This document shows positions 8,843 to 19,495 of a DNA stretch of 64,000 nt, piece after piece (within the stretch, counting starts at the first letter, position 1; the number at the start of each line of letters is the position of its first letter). The notes beneath the pieces are model-generated. The model was not told the DNA's origin and did not search any database. It saw only the letters and a program-made list of their open reading frames with translations. The position numbers were made by a program, and so were the translations under genes. The stretch is from assembly GCA_000091205.1 (NCBI GenBank), contig AP006495.2; one strand, 5' to 3'. The DNA comes from Cyanidioschyzon merolae (taxonomy: Eukaryota).

Positions 8843-10660
8843 GTGTCGATTTGCTCCACCTACCTTCGCGGACTGGACGGGAGGCACCGTGCATTGTATA
8901 GCGCGGCACCGAACGATAAGCTGACGTTTCCCTTGAGCAAGATTTGGGTGAGACGGCCAAGCATGCCGGCGCTGGCTCGGACAGTGCTTCGCACGGCGTT
9001 GTCGAAGGTTCTCCACCTGCATCGAGAGCGTCCGCTGCAGCACTGCCGCCGTTTCGGCGCACTAACCTCGAAACCGTACGCGTTTCGTGCTCGACCCTGG
9101 GAACTGAAAAGCACCGAATCGATCGATGTATTCGACGGTGTTGGTTCGAACATTCGCATTGATGCGGTTGGTACGGAAGTCCGTCGTATTTTACCGCGCT
9201 TGAACGAGGAGGTGAATGAAGAGTGGATCAGTGACAAGACGCGTTTCGCCTACGACGGCCTGAAACGGCAGCGCTTGACGGTTCCGATGGTGCGGATACA
9301 CACTGGTGAAGCGAACGAACAACTTGTCGGTGTGGACTGGTACAAAGCAAGGGCTATCCTAGTCAACAAGCTGGTGTCGGCCATTCGGGAGGCCGCCACC
9401 CCAGCAACAACTCAGCGATCTGCGTTCGAGGCCCATGCCATTATCGGGCCCTATGCAGATTGCGAAAGCATAGCAGCGCTACGGCGCATCTTTTACAGCA
9501 TGTTTCCTGAGGGTACCGCTTTTGTCCATGTTCAGGGACACGCGAATACGGGTACACCGCCGACGGACTTTCGCTACGCCTACTGTGCGAATACAACGCT
9601 AGCTGGTTTGGAACACGCCGATGTCATCCTTCTGGTGGCAACGAACCCGCGAGTGGAGGCGCCGCTCCTGAATAATCGTATCCGGAAAGCGGTCTTATTT
9701 GGGAATGCTCGAGTTGGCCTGATCGGCTGCCATGCCGACCTAACGTACAATCGTGAACACCTCTGGCATCTCGGGACCAGTCCCGCAACGCTTCTGCGGA
9801 TCGCCCAAGGTCGTCATGCTTTTTGCTCTGTTTTGGCCAAAGCGCAGCGACCGGCGATTATCGTGAGCCAACAGGCGTTCCAGAGACATGACGGGGCGGC
9901 TATTTTTGGCTGCCTCGCAACGTTGGTGGACCACGTCCCGCGACTTGTGCCCCGGGATGGCTCGTGGAATGGCCTGAACGTACTTCACACTGCCGCGAAT
10001 ACCGTTGGGGCGCTCGACCTTGGCTTTGATCATACGCTGAAAGGAAACCGCTGGATTGATCAGTCCGGGGCGCAACAAACCAGCGAACAGCCCTGGGCGC
10101 GTGCCAAGCTGCTCTATCTGCTGGGTGCCGATGATATCGATGGACTCGAGGAGCTCCCCGAGACCTGCTACGTGGTGTATCAGGGGCATCACGGAGACTA
10201 TGGAGCAAGCATCGCTGACCTGATCCTACCCGGTGCTGCGTATACCGAGAAGAACGGCACGTTTGTGAACACAGAGGGTCGTGTCCAGCGCACGGCACGC
10301 GCGTTCCTGCCTCCTGGCCAGGCCAAAGTCGACGCGGAAATTCTCGATGAGCTCTTGGTAGGTCTGGATCACGCTGCCGGATTTTTCGATGCAGCACAGG
10401 AAATGGAATTCCTGGCTCCTCATCTGGGTGTCCAGTATGGTTTACAGGAACCGGATCTCATTAGAACACCAAACACGGGACAGGTGCAGCTAGGCGGTGC
10501 GAAAGCAGAGCGCGCTCGTTCGTTGCCGCTGTCACCCATGCCGTTTGGACCGGTTATTGAGAATTTTTACATGACAGATCCGATTACCAGAGCGAGTGCT
10601 ACGATGGCGAAATGCGTGCGTGTTGCTCGCTATAGTAATTTTGAGGAATCCAGTTCGTAA
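8843..10660 (+). CDS. NDUFS1: NDUFS1/NuoG-like 75 kDa complex I subunit, C-terminal (molybdopterin-like) domain only, with a presequence-like N-terminus. The ORF opens with GTG at 8843; the first ATG is at 8963
   Basis: HCRRFGALTSKPYAFRARPWELKSTESIDVFDGVGSNIRIDAVGTEVRRILPRLNEEVNEEWISDKTRFAYDGLKRQRLTVPMVR is near-identical to human NDUFS1 residues about 235-320. Similarity continues to the end (IIYQGHHGDxGA, ADLILPGAAYTEKNGTFVNTEGRVQ, DFYMTDPITRASATMAKCV). No 2Fe-2S or 4Fe-4S cysteine motifs are encoded in frame upstream. The stretch MPALARTVLRTALSKVLHLHRERP looks like a mitochondrial presequence. Confidence 0.8.
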   Translation: MSICSTYLRGLDGRHRALYSAAPNDKLTFPLSKIWVRRPSMPALARTVLRTALSKVLHLHRERPLQHCRRFGALTSKPYAFRARPWELKSTESIDVFDGVGSNIRIDAVGTEVRRILPRLNEEVNEEWISDKTRFAYDGLKRQRLTVPMVRIHTGEANEQLVGVDWYKARAILVNKLVSAIREAATPATTQRSAFEAHAIIGPYADCESIAALRRIFYSMFPEGTAFVHVQGHANTGTPPTDFRYAYCANTTLAGLEHADVILLVATNPRVEAPLLNNRIRKAVLFGNARVGLIGCHADLTYNREHLWHLGTSPATLLRIAQGRHAFCSVLAKAQRPAIIVSQQAFQRHDGAAIFGCLATLVDHVPRLVPRDGSWNGLNVLHTAANTVGALDLGFDHTLKGNRWIDQSGAQQTSEQPWARAKLLYLLGADDIDGLEELPETCYVVYQGHHGDYGASIADLILPGAAYTEKNGTFVNTEGRVQRTARAFLPPGQAKVDAEILDELLVGLDHAAGFFDAAQEMEFLAPHLGVQYGLQEPDLIRTPNTGQVQLGGAKAERARSLPLSPMPFGPVIENFYMTDPITRASATMAKCVRVARYSNFEESSS

Positions 10661-12934
10661 ATGCCTTTGCTCAGAGCATGACCCTAGAGTGGAGTGGGAT
10701 ACCAGTAGCAACAGCAGCAACGGCAGCAGCAACTGAAGCAGGTTTTGCGCGGGTCGTGCGCTGGTGAGCGGTTGCCCTTGCGACGACGGAACCTATGATT
10801 GCTGAACAGAGGCCCCTGGTGATACGCACACGCTTTCAACAAGAATAGCTATGCCCAGTGCTTTCCTCTTAAAGAACAGCAAGCAGCTACCGCACCCGCC
10901 GTGTAGTCCCTTAAATGATGAAAACTGTACGACTAGAGGAGCAGAAATTACCGGCTTGCGTGTAGACGAAGGTTCGTCTTGGAACGAATCAGAGCCAAGC
11001 GGCAACACAAACCCATCCACGCGTACACACACATGAACCGCCTGCACGTGTACACGCCTATCCCCAGTCCCGCAGCATCCTATGGGATATGCGCTGTTTT
11101 CATTGTGCACGAGTTGCGTATGACTCATCCGCCACGGCAAGATAAACATGAAGCAGCCATGCAAGTGCTGGTTGCAATCAATCACAAAGCTTCACACTTG
11201 GAAATGTGAATTCTCGAATGCCTGTACCAAACTGCGTTTTTCGTTTTCGTCTGTCTGTCTCGCAGGAGTCCAACAATGCGATACATGCTGCGGAGAGGCG
11301 ACAGGTCGCGAACGTAGTTTGTGCTGCAACCGCTAGCTTGCGTAAATTGCCCTGTCTGTACAAGTCCGTCATGCTATGGTAAGCAGGTGGATGAAGTGAC
11401 CGCTTTTCTCGTCGTGCTTATGCTGGACGTCGTGCTCCCAAAACAGACCCTGTCAAACGCTGGCTACTGGAGTGTGTTGTCACCATTCCATACCACTCGT
11501 TACGTTCGCTAACAAATACTATCAAAGAAGCTGCAGGATGTGAAGGTTCCGCACCGTTGAATCAGAAGGTGATGGAGAGAAGCGATTCGACAAAGAGGAC
11601 TGCAGTGTTCCAGGGGAGACCATCACGCGATCGACAAGACACCATCGATGACGTATAGACATGCGAACGCTTCTCCCAGGAGAGGCAGATGTACGTCTTT
11701 CTTTATGGGAATTCATTTGGGCGAAATCTTACACCTGTATTCTGCGCGCAATTTGAGATGGGGTAACCGCTGTTCGCAGTGTGGAAACGAGCCAGAATGA
11801 AGACAAAATCAGATCTAGCCGCGATGCTACTGTGTGGTCGTCTGCAGATCGCCAAACGGAGAGCGACATCAACCAGCACATCTTTCGTCGAAGCATTGTA
11901 CGGCTTCTGCGTGCCCCAATGCTCTGCCTTGTTCGCAGATAAGGTCGTTTTACATCACTCGACAGCGGCGCGGCAGAGCGCAGCTGAGCTTGGCATCGAG
12001 CTGTGCTGTGCGTTCCGGCTGCTTCTCCTTTGTTCCATCGAGTCGAGGATGTGTTCTCTGTTGTAAACCGCTATTTCAGCACTCACAGATCTATCGACGA
12101 GTCGTTCGCATCCGTGTCATAAATATGGTTCCAGTAGTCGTTCGTTTCTACGTTCACCGGCCCGGAACATCTCCGTTGCGTCTCTGCTCTTGCGCGGGAG
12201 GGAACGGAAGGACCCGCCTCAGCTCCTAGGCATGCTCGCGACGGAGATGCTGACAACGAGGTTCTCACGGAATCGGGTATACACAGACAGAGAAAATGCG
12301 AAATGCAGTGCCCCCGTCGGCCGAGTGCGTCTCCGTCCCCTGGGAAAATGGGTACGGAGTACGGCAACCATTTCCATGCCACCCCGACATGCGATCGAAA
12401 ACCAGAAGAAATCAACTGACGAAGAAGAGTGAAATGCTCGTGGAAATAGGACGCAGAGTGACAGGAACGAAACCGTGACCGACCAGAGAGATCTGTCTGA
12501 AACCGATGTCGAGGCCTCTCAACTGGAACATATCTATGGGGAGAATACCCCAAAATATGTGATGCAGGATGCCATGAGGGATCGTGTAGCATCCTACTCG
12601 AGGAAGGCTGGCGTAGCTTCTCTCGCGTTGACGCACCTCGTCTAGGAATTGTTCGTTCGAGTTCCGGAATCAGGGATACCCACTGTCCGCATCCCTCTGG
12701 AGTGTATCGAGCAAACCTCAGAGCGACCACACAGCTGACGCTGGGATCAGGTGATACGATACCGCTCGCTGGAACGATTCGAAGTTTGCACACGCACGAG
12801 CCCGTGTCGAGTGCACAACGTCCCGAGCCGACGCCCCCAGAGGTATGGCAAAGCCGTTCAGTCACGATGATGCATCCGCTCCAGTAGTTTCGGCACCAAG
12901 TCGGGTGCCCACGACAGGCACTCGTCGCACGAGA

Positions 12935-13090
12935 GAAAATACGAAACGACCATAACATCCGAGAAGAAGTATGGGTAATGGAACTTGGAGGTAGGCGCTT
13001 CATGATGGACGCTTTCTCGAAAGCCATTATCGATCCCGAGTGCTGGGATCCATGGTCAATGGAAACGTTTTGTCATCCGGAAAAAAATTT
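12935..13090 (+). mobile_element. SINE-like short dispersed repeat, copy A
   Basis: gaaacgaccataacatccgagaagaagtatgggtaatggaacttggaggtagg ... catgatgg ... gaaagccattatcgatc ... ctgggatcc ... aaacgttttgtcatccggaaaaaaa. It is collinear with copies at 17455 and 50790 and reverse copies at 34050 and 7745, and has an A-rich 3' end. Confidence 0.6.
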
Positions 13091-13280
13091 GCGCAGCATC
13101 GCGCTGGACAGTAATGTCCATTAATATCCATATGCACCCAATCTCCTCATTTCACAGCAGTGGCAAGCGCTACACTCCCCATACCGCACACGAGAACAAA
13201 CAATCATACCTTTCCGTTCTTCGGGTCGGCAGCGCATCTGCATATGAGGTTCCCTTTTCTAGAATGACGCTGCCATAGAA

Positions 13281-14255
13281 ATGGTGCCGTGTCCTTTCGC
13301 TCAGCGTTTGACTGAACAATCCTCGTTGGGTGAATTGAACACCCCTGGAGAAGCCGAGGCCGAGAACGACCCAAGTCGACGGCCCCAGTGCCCATTTCAA
13401 CGGTCTGTCGAGAGCGGCACGGAAGCGCCGAGCCGCAGCGGTGACCAATGGACACACGCTCGCTCTGAAAGCATCCTGTGCCCGCTGTGTCATACACCGC
13501 CGGTGCCGCGCGCTGGCGGCTACGCCCTAGCACTGCCGTGCACACACGTGTACTGCGGCGCGTGCGCAGCGAACGGTGTACGCGACTGTCTACTCTGTGG
13601 GTGTACGGTCTCGGGGTTTGTGCAAGGCTCCGAGTACGTGAAGGAAGACGCACTGTTCGAGGATATTCGCCAGACGGCCGCAAAGTATTTGACGCTGAAC
13701 GCAGCTCAGCTATGCGTGCAGCTCGGTGTCAAGCGCCGAGAACCGTTCCTGCTTGAAACCGCTATTCGAACGTATGCACGTGAGCTTGAGTGGAGTGAGC
13801 AGAAAGAGGCCCTGACTCAATTGCAGGCTGAAGCAGTTTCTCCGGTTGCGTCAGCGACGTGCCCGTCGATTGCAGAGGGTTCCGCGTCAGAAGATGTTGT
13901 CGCGAACAACGGACCGTCCATGGAGCTTGCGGAAGACGCATGGCTAACAATGCCGAAACTGCGTGCGCGAGTACTCTACGCTGTGGCGTGTGGGATCCTC
14001 GCGGAAATGAAGCTTTCTGCCGACTGGTCGTCCCTGGAGCTTGCAACACGTTCCGATACTGTTCGAGAAGCATATCACTACGCAAAAACCTCAGTCGATG
14101 TTCTTCTTGGTCTAGATCGGTTGGGCTCACCATTCATTGAACAGGCTTTAGAGCAGAGTCTCATGCGTTTGGAATGGGCAGCGCGCGTGCTCAGAAACTT
14201 GCGATCATCGACTACGCGCGCAGACAAACTGCACCTGTCGACTGAAGCGGCTTAG
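13281..14255 (+). CDS. RING finger (C3HC4-like) protein, function unknown
   Basis: CPLCHTPPVPRAGGYALALPCTHVYCGACAANGVRDCLLCGC fits C-x2-C-x13-C-x-H-x2-C-x2-C-x7-C-x2-C. Long ORF with normal composition. Confidence 0.5.
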   Translation: MVPCPFAQRLTEQSSLGELNTPGEAEAENDPSRRPQCPFQRSVESGTEAPSRSGDQWTHARSESILCPLCHTPPVPRAGGYALALPCTHVYCGACAANGVRDCLLCGCTVSGFVQGSEYVKEDALFEDIRQTAAKYLTLNAAQLCVQLGVKRREPFLLETAIRTYARELEWSEQKEALTQLQAEAVSPVASATCPSIAEGSASEDVVANNGPSMELAEDAWLTMPKLRARVLYAVACGILAEMKLSADWSSLELATRSDTVREAYHYAKTSVDVLLGLDRLGSPFIEQALEQSLMRLEWAARVLRNLRSSTTRADKLHLSTEAA

Positions 14256-15361
14256 CCGGGCACCAGCCTCGCCAGGTTGCCAGCGGTGCGGCTTGCTGCC
14301 CGCTTGGCATGCAGAACGGGAACATTCTCAGTGGAGACGGCCTTGAGTGGGTGCGTACCTGGCTCGGAAGCACCGGCCAGCGCTATTGCATCGATGTCAG
14401 CGACAGCCGGTGACGCGGGTGATAGGCTCCTGTGGTGTGTCGATGACCGAGCGCCCTGTGCACCCTTTTCTGGTGTTGAGAATTCGGACAGCGCATCATG
14501 CACAGCGGGCGTGCAAGTTCTGGGATCATTTCGTTTGGCACGTTCCCGTTGAGCACAGGAGGCCGGGTCCTCGCGAGGGCACTCCGCCACAGCAGCGGCA
14601 GCTGCACCGCCACCGCTCAGGGCCAGCTGCCGGAGAGCAGCGAGCGTCTGGCGCCAGGACGCTGCAGGGCCCGCCACAGGCGATTCGTTGACTGCAGGTT
14701 CATCGCTTTGCGGCTGTGGAATAGCGCGGTTCGGAGAGTACGCCCAACTGGCAGCCGCAAGCAAGTCTGCGGTGGACGGCGACTTTGCAGCCGCACCGCT
14801 GCCCATGGATGCGGGAGCGTTTCGGGATTGGCGACTCGAGACGCGCACAGGCGATAGCACTAGGCTACTTCCTAGAAGCCGTCTTTGGGCCGGTGATGCA
14901 CGGACAGGGGTTAGCGTGACGCGGGACCCGTACATTGCCGCCGGTTTCATGGAGTCCTGTCGAGTCTTTTCTGGGGCGCGGGCTTCGTTTCCGGCGTTGG
15001 TGCCGATGGTCGCTGAAGTATGGCCAGTTTGTGGCAGTTCGTCGGTGCCGTCAACTCCGAACTCAAGTCTCCGTGGCTGCTGGAAAGCGTCCAGCTCGAG
15101 CTGACGACGCCGTCCGCGGTACAGAAATTGCTCGCCTTCCACAAGAGTTCGATGAAGTGCGGTGTGGCGGCGAGATCGGCTGCGACGGTCCAGCGGAGGC
15201 GCCGTCATCACCAGGGCAGTGTCCGTAGAGGATCTGTCGCAGATGCGACTCGCTCCACGCCGCTCGCTTGTCAACGGCGTCGACGGTAGCTCGAGCACTG
15301 GTACCGTCGACAGGCCTGCGGGCCGATGCAGCGACCTACTTGGCGAACACATGGAAATCAA
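14252..15361 (-). CDS. Hypothetical Ser/Ala/Pro/Arg-rich low-complexity protein; may be a chance ORF in very GC-rich DNA
   Basis: 369-aa ORF convergent on the RING gene, with the stop codons overlapping by 4 nt. No recognisable domain. The composition is typical of antisense or GC-driven ORFs. Confidence 0.25.
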   Translation of the reverse strand: MISMCSPSRSLHRPAGLSTVPVLELPSTPLTSERRGASRICDRSSTDTALVMTAPPLDRRSRSRRHTALHRTLVEGEQFLYRGRRRQLELDAFQQPRRLEFGVDGTDELPQTGHTSATIGTNAGNEARAPEKTRQDSMKPAAMYGSRVTLTPVRASPAQRRLLGSSLVLSPVRVSSRQSRNAPASMGSGAAAKSPSTADLLAAASWAYSPNRAIPQPQSDEPAVNESPVAGPAASWRQTLAALRQLALSGGGAAAAAVAECPREDPASCAQRERAKRNDPRTCTPAVHDALSEFSTPEKGAQGARSSTHHRSLSPASPAVADIDAIALAGASEPGTHPLKAVSTENVPVLHAKRAASRTAGNLARLVPG

Positions 15362-15664
15362 GCGGAGGAAAGCGTATCAAACACAGTTCTGCAGCGGTGC
15401 GTGGCGTCAGGGAGGGCTCCAAACGCGGTGCGTTCCGATAGGGTTTGATGGCAGCGTCGGCGTTTTGTGGTGCGAAGCGTTGCCTTCAGCAAGCACGCAA
15501 CAACAGGAAACAAAACTCAAGAACACTAGATCGGCTGATGCACCGCGTCCGTTGCCACAGATAGGACAAGATTGACACGTACGTTAGTACTGGAATATGC
15601 GCCACAGGTGCCAGAAGACGTGTTACGAGCGACTTGAAGAACGACGTGTCCGGAGCTTTTCTGC

Positions 15665-15718
15665 CGCACGCAATCGCACGCAATCGCACGCAATCGCACG
15701 CAATCGCACGCAATCGCA
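15665..15718. repeat. 10-bp tandem repeat (gcacgcaatc) x5
   Basis: Direct reading of gcacgcaatcgcacgcaatc... Confidence 0.9.
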
Positions 15719-15838
15719 GGCGAAGCAGGCACCGGCGCGCATCCCAAATCGTAACCGCCATTGGTGCGCGCCATGGTGAGCATGCTTTCTCCCGCGATGC
15801 CGTTTACGATTGCGGCCTGGGGGGTGGTTCCAAATTCG

Positions 15839-15961
15839 TTTGTGTGCGTGTGCGTGTGCGTGTGCGTGTGCGTGTGCGTGTGCGTGTGCGTGTGCGTGTG
15901 CGTGTGCGTGTGCGTGTGCGTGTGCGTGTGCGTGTGCGTGTGCGTGTGCGTGTGCGTGTGT
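15839..15961. repeat. (GTGTGC)n hexanucleotide microsatellite, about 20 units
   Basis: gtgtgcgtgtgcgtgtgc... over 120 bp. It generates the (HT)n and (VR)n/(CA)n ORFs 15526-16020, 15634-16164 and 15810-16061, which are artefacts. Confidence 0.95.
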
Positions 15962-17454
15962 CGGTCAGCCATGCTGCAATCCGAAGAAGAGTCGTGCCGC
16001 GGTCGCTGTCGTGCGGGCATGCACGCAGCGTGCAGGCAGCATTTGCCTCGCGGGGCGATGACCGCGCATCACGCTGGTACCGCCTCTTCCATTTTCAGTG
16101 CCCGATGCGTACGAGACCGCGATGGCGTATAGGCGCGTCGCAGAGACTGATATTGGTACCGTAAAGTTTACAATACATTGGAGCGAGTTCTCGGGATACG
16201 TTGCTGCAGCGCTTCTTCATATGAGCAGCTCATCACGAGAGAATGGTTGTGCGGGCCCCTAAGAAAACCGGGTCTTCGTCTCCGTCAATGATGCTTGAAC
16301 GCGGATTGCGTCAGGTAGGTCCCTCGTGGTGCCTTATACAACGTATCGATATGGGTTGAACTGAACCGGGTGCCGACATGAATGATCTACGACGGGGCCG
16401 TTCGCACTGCCCACGTTAGGTGCGACCTGCTGAATCATGGGCATGGATTTGTTGGCAGCGGCTGCTCCACGAGATAAGCAGGTGGCACGGGACAGCATAT
16501 TCAGGGCTGGCGCTGCGATGAAAACCGGCACCTGCCATTCCCGCTGGGTGCGACAGAGCGCGCTCCAGAATCCAGCGTTTCCCTCAACGCACGACGCTAC
16601 GCTGAGGCTGCAACGAATGAAATACCAGTACCTAGACTGGTGCGGTCCCCGAAGGACTCGCGCGGCTCGCAGCGCTGTCGCACAGGCATGCACCGACCGT
16701 GCATAGCATGTGGGTGCCCCGCATACGCCCCACGAGGAAGTGCCGGCATTCTAGCAACCGAATGTATGGCTGCATATGAAACACCCGCGTTTCGAGCTCT
16801 GCCGCCATTGCCATGAGGAACGTCCTCAGCGCGTGGACCCCGAAACTCGATTTTATTTGTTCGTGCGAGTGCCACCAGGTGCAAGCGGATGCAACGAGGA
16901 TCTTGCGTATACAGCGCGCCGCGCTTCGGTGCCGCTGCGCCCAATCGCTCCGCGAACGTCACCGCGAGAGCCCATCAACGGCGTATCCGGCCACGCACTC
17001 TGAGTGTAGCACTGGCAACTGATGGTCCGCTAAACGAGCCTCAGCGCTCATTAGTGGCGCACAAACTCACACTCTACCTTCTAGGCGGAAGGTCCAGCGA
17101 ATCGGATGCGCACCCGGGCTCAATGCGCTCTCTGCGCCTACCTTCTGTGGTGGGTGTCGAGCTCAAACCCGCATTGCCAACCGACAACGCATTCCATGCA
17201 TGATCACGAAGGAGAGAGGCGGCTTCCACGATATATCCTAACAACCAAGTTTCTCCAGCGTGTCGTGCAGCGAAGACAAACCTGCATCCGTAGACTGTCT
17301 GAGCACAAACTGACGACGAGACCCGATTCTACGTCGGGTGAAGCACCCCTCGAGCTGACGCCCTCTATGGTATAGAAATGCTGTTCTAGCTCTACGAACT
17401 ATCTGCTCGAGCGGTTCAGGTGCAAAGGCGGATACAGAAAGGCAGGTTCTAGGC

Positions 17455-17645
17455 ACACACGATAGGACGTATGAAACGACCAGAATATCCGAGACGAAGT
17501 ATAGGTAATGTAACATGGAGGTAGGGGGTTGATGGATACCTCACCGCGCACTGAAAAAAACACACACAAAAAAGTAAGAAAAGAAAAATGCGCATAATCG
17601 GAGAACGCTGGCCTAAGTAAACGTTTTGTCCATGAAAAAAACGGC
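17455..17645 (+). mobile_element. SINE-like short dispersed repeat, copy B (with an internal A-rich expansion)
   Basis: cacacgataggacgtatgaaacgaccagaatatccgagacgaagtataggtaatgtaacatggaggtaggg ... gtaaacgttttgtccatgaaaaaaa. Confidence 0.55.
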
Positions 17646-17773
17646 GTGTCCGGCGCCGGTTGTGCTCCCGCGCGACTCTGAATGGAGGCATCGATCTCGC
17701 ACTGTAGGCGGAAAGCGAGCGGCGCGCGTAGGAACTCGCGCATTCCGCTGAGAACCGGGACAAGAGCCCGGAC

Positions 17774-18276
17774 TTGGTCACCATCCTGCCGAGATTCGGC
17801 CAGGGGCCTTCGTTAACCGCGGAGACCGAGTCCGGTTCAGTCGAGTTCATGCGAGAGGTGCTTCGCGGCCGCTTGGCATTGGGTGTGCCCGCCCGGCAGC
17901 AGTCCATTGTGGACGTTCGGGATGTTGTGCTGGCGCATCTCCGTGCTGGCAGCGAGAAGAAGCGCGTCCCCAGTGGCCGGTAATTGTCGTTGCTGGGTAA
18001 AAGTCTATTCTGGAGGTGGCGTATGTGCTGCGAGCCAAATGGGGTCAGCGCTTCCGATCACCCCGACGAGAGCTTCCCAAGTGGCTCATATACTTCGCGG
18101 GTCCATTTATCGGACTGCCGTGGGAGATGATTCGTCATCGAGTTGGTATTCCGATTTGCTTCAATGTCGCGAAATCGAAGATGCTTCTTGACATCGAGTA
18201 TCGCAATGCCGATCTGACGATTCGAGAGCATGTTCAGCAGATGATTGCGGATGGCCTGGTTCCTTTGCAGCGCTAG
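17774..18276 (+). pseudogene. Remnant of an NAD(P)-dependent epimerase/dehydratase (SDR, cinnamoyl-CoA-reductase-like) gene: only C-terminal fragments survive, in two frames
   Basis: Fragment 1 (17774-17983) reads ...QQSIVDVRDVVLAHLRAGSEKKRVPSGR then TAA where family members have GRY. Fragment 2 (18016-18276), in another frame, carries a C-terminal-like segment. The N-terminal Rossmann part is absent, and the SINE copy B sits immediately upstream. Confidence 0.4.
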
Positions 18277-19141
18277 TTTTCGTGGTAATGGTGATAATGG
18301 CGAAGGTGGTGGCAGTGTTGGCATCTCGGAAATGACCTTTGCCTGCGGGAAAGCGGCGATCTTTGCATAAGCGAGCTGCGTCAGCAACGCGACGCGGTCG
18401 GTAGCGCTTTTGCGCAGCGGTTCACGCTGCAAAACTCGAGCAACGAGACCTCTGCGCCCGCGCAGGGCGCAGCATGCACTACATTCTTTTTCTGTGAAAC
18501 AAGCTGGATCCGCCTAATCAGGATTCATAGGATGCGCGAATGGTGCCTGTTACCACGGAAGCGATCTCGCACCAGCCGCAGACGCTTCTATGTGCTACGA
18601 ACCCGAGAACGGTCTCGTCGTCGGGCTTTGACCTTTGATTGACCAAGCAATAAAAGACCTCGAGATGCCGTGCCTGAGATAAAAGTCGCCAACCGCGGAT
18701 CGCACAGTATTGCGGTTCCGTTGCGGCTAGCGACCCGGAGTGCAGCGCCTTCGTCCCCGCTCGCATCATCACTGCGTCGATGCGATGCGACCGTCGATAA
18801 ACGCGTTCGCACATGGACTCGACTGGGGTAGACCTCGTGGACCGCGTCTGGAATTCAAGGACCTAGGTATGCGCGCTTTGCAAAATCACGAGCGCTGTCG
18901 CTTTCCTGACACCGAACGACGAGGGCGACACCCCGCAGTGTCATTTTTGGATGGCGCGGGACGCATGCGACGAAGCTGCACCCCTCGGATGCGCATGTAC
19001 TGTCCACGAAACGGCCTCACAGACACGGGATTCATTGCAAAGCCGTCGGGATCGCTTCACTGGATCGCAACTCTGTTTCTGTGATTCCAGTTCAGATTCA
19101 CAGGCGCAAGCAATGGATTCGACGAAGGTATCCAGCATGTG

Positions 19142-19495
19142 TCAGGGTTTTCACCAAAATAGAGCACGTTTACGGGGAAGACGCACAGGCAGTCGACTTG
19201 ATCATCATGCAAAAGGGGTTCAGCAAAATTCAGGGTTTTCCCCATTATAGAGCACGTGTACGGGGAAAAACGCACAGGCAGTTGATATGATCATCATGCA
19301 AAATGCGTTCAGCAATATGTCAGGGGTTTCACCATATAGAGCACGTGTTCGGGGAAAAACGCACAGGCAGTTGATATGATCATCATGAAAAATGCGTTCA
19401 GCAATATGTCAGGGTTTTCACCAATATAGAGCACGTGTACGGGGAAAAACGCACAGGCAGTTGATATGATCATCATGCAAAATGCGTTCAGCAGC
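19142..19495. repeat. About 89-bp minisatellite, 4 tandem copies, followed by (GCAT)5
   Basis: Units start at 19142, 19230, 19320 and 19409: tcagggttttcaccaatatagagcacgtgtacggggaaaaacgcacaggcagttgatatgatcatcatgcaaaatgcgttcagcaatatg. gcatgcatgcatgcatgcat follows at 19511-19530. Confidence 0.9.

Noticed and set aside
12083-13027. 314-aa minus-strand ORF
   Set aside because: Low-complexity Ser/Arg/Pro-rich composition, no recognisable domain, and it runs through the SINE-like repeat copy A. Probably a chance open frame in GC-rich DNA.
15526-16164. Long ORFs encoding (HT)n, (VR)n and (CA)n dipeptide repeats
   Set aside because: They are direct translations of the (GTGTGC)n and 10-bp tandem repeats, not genes.
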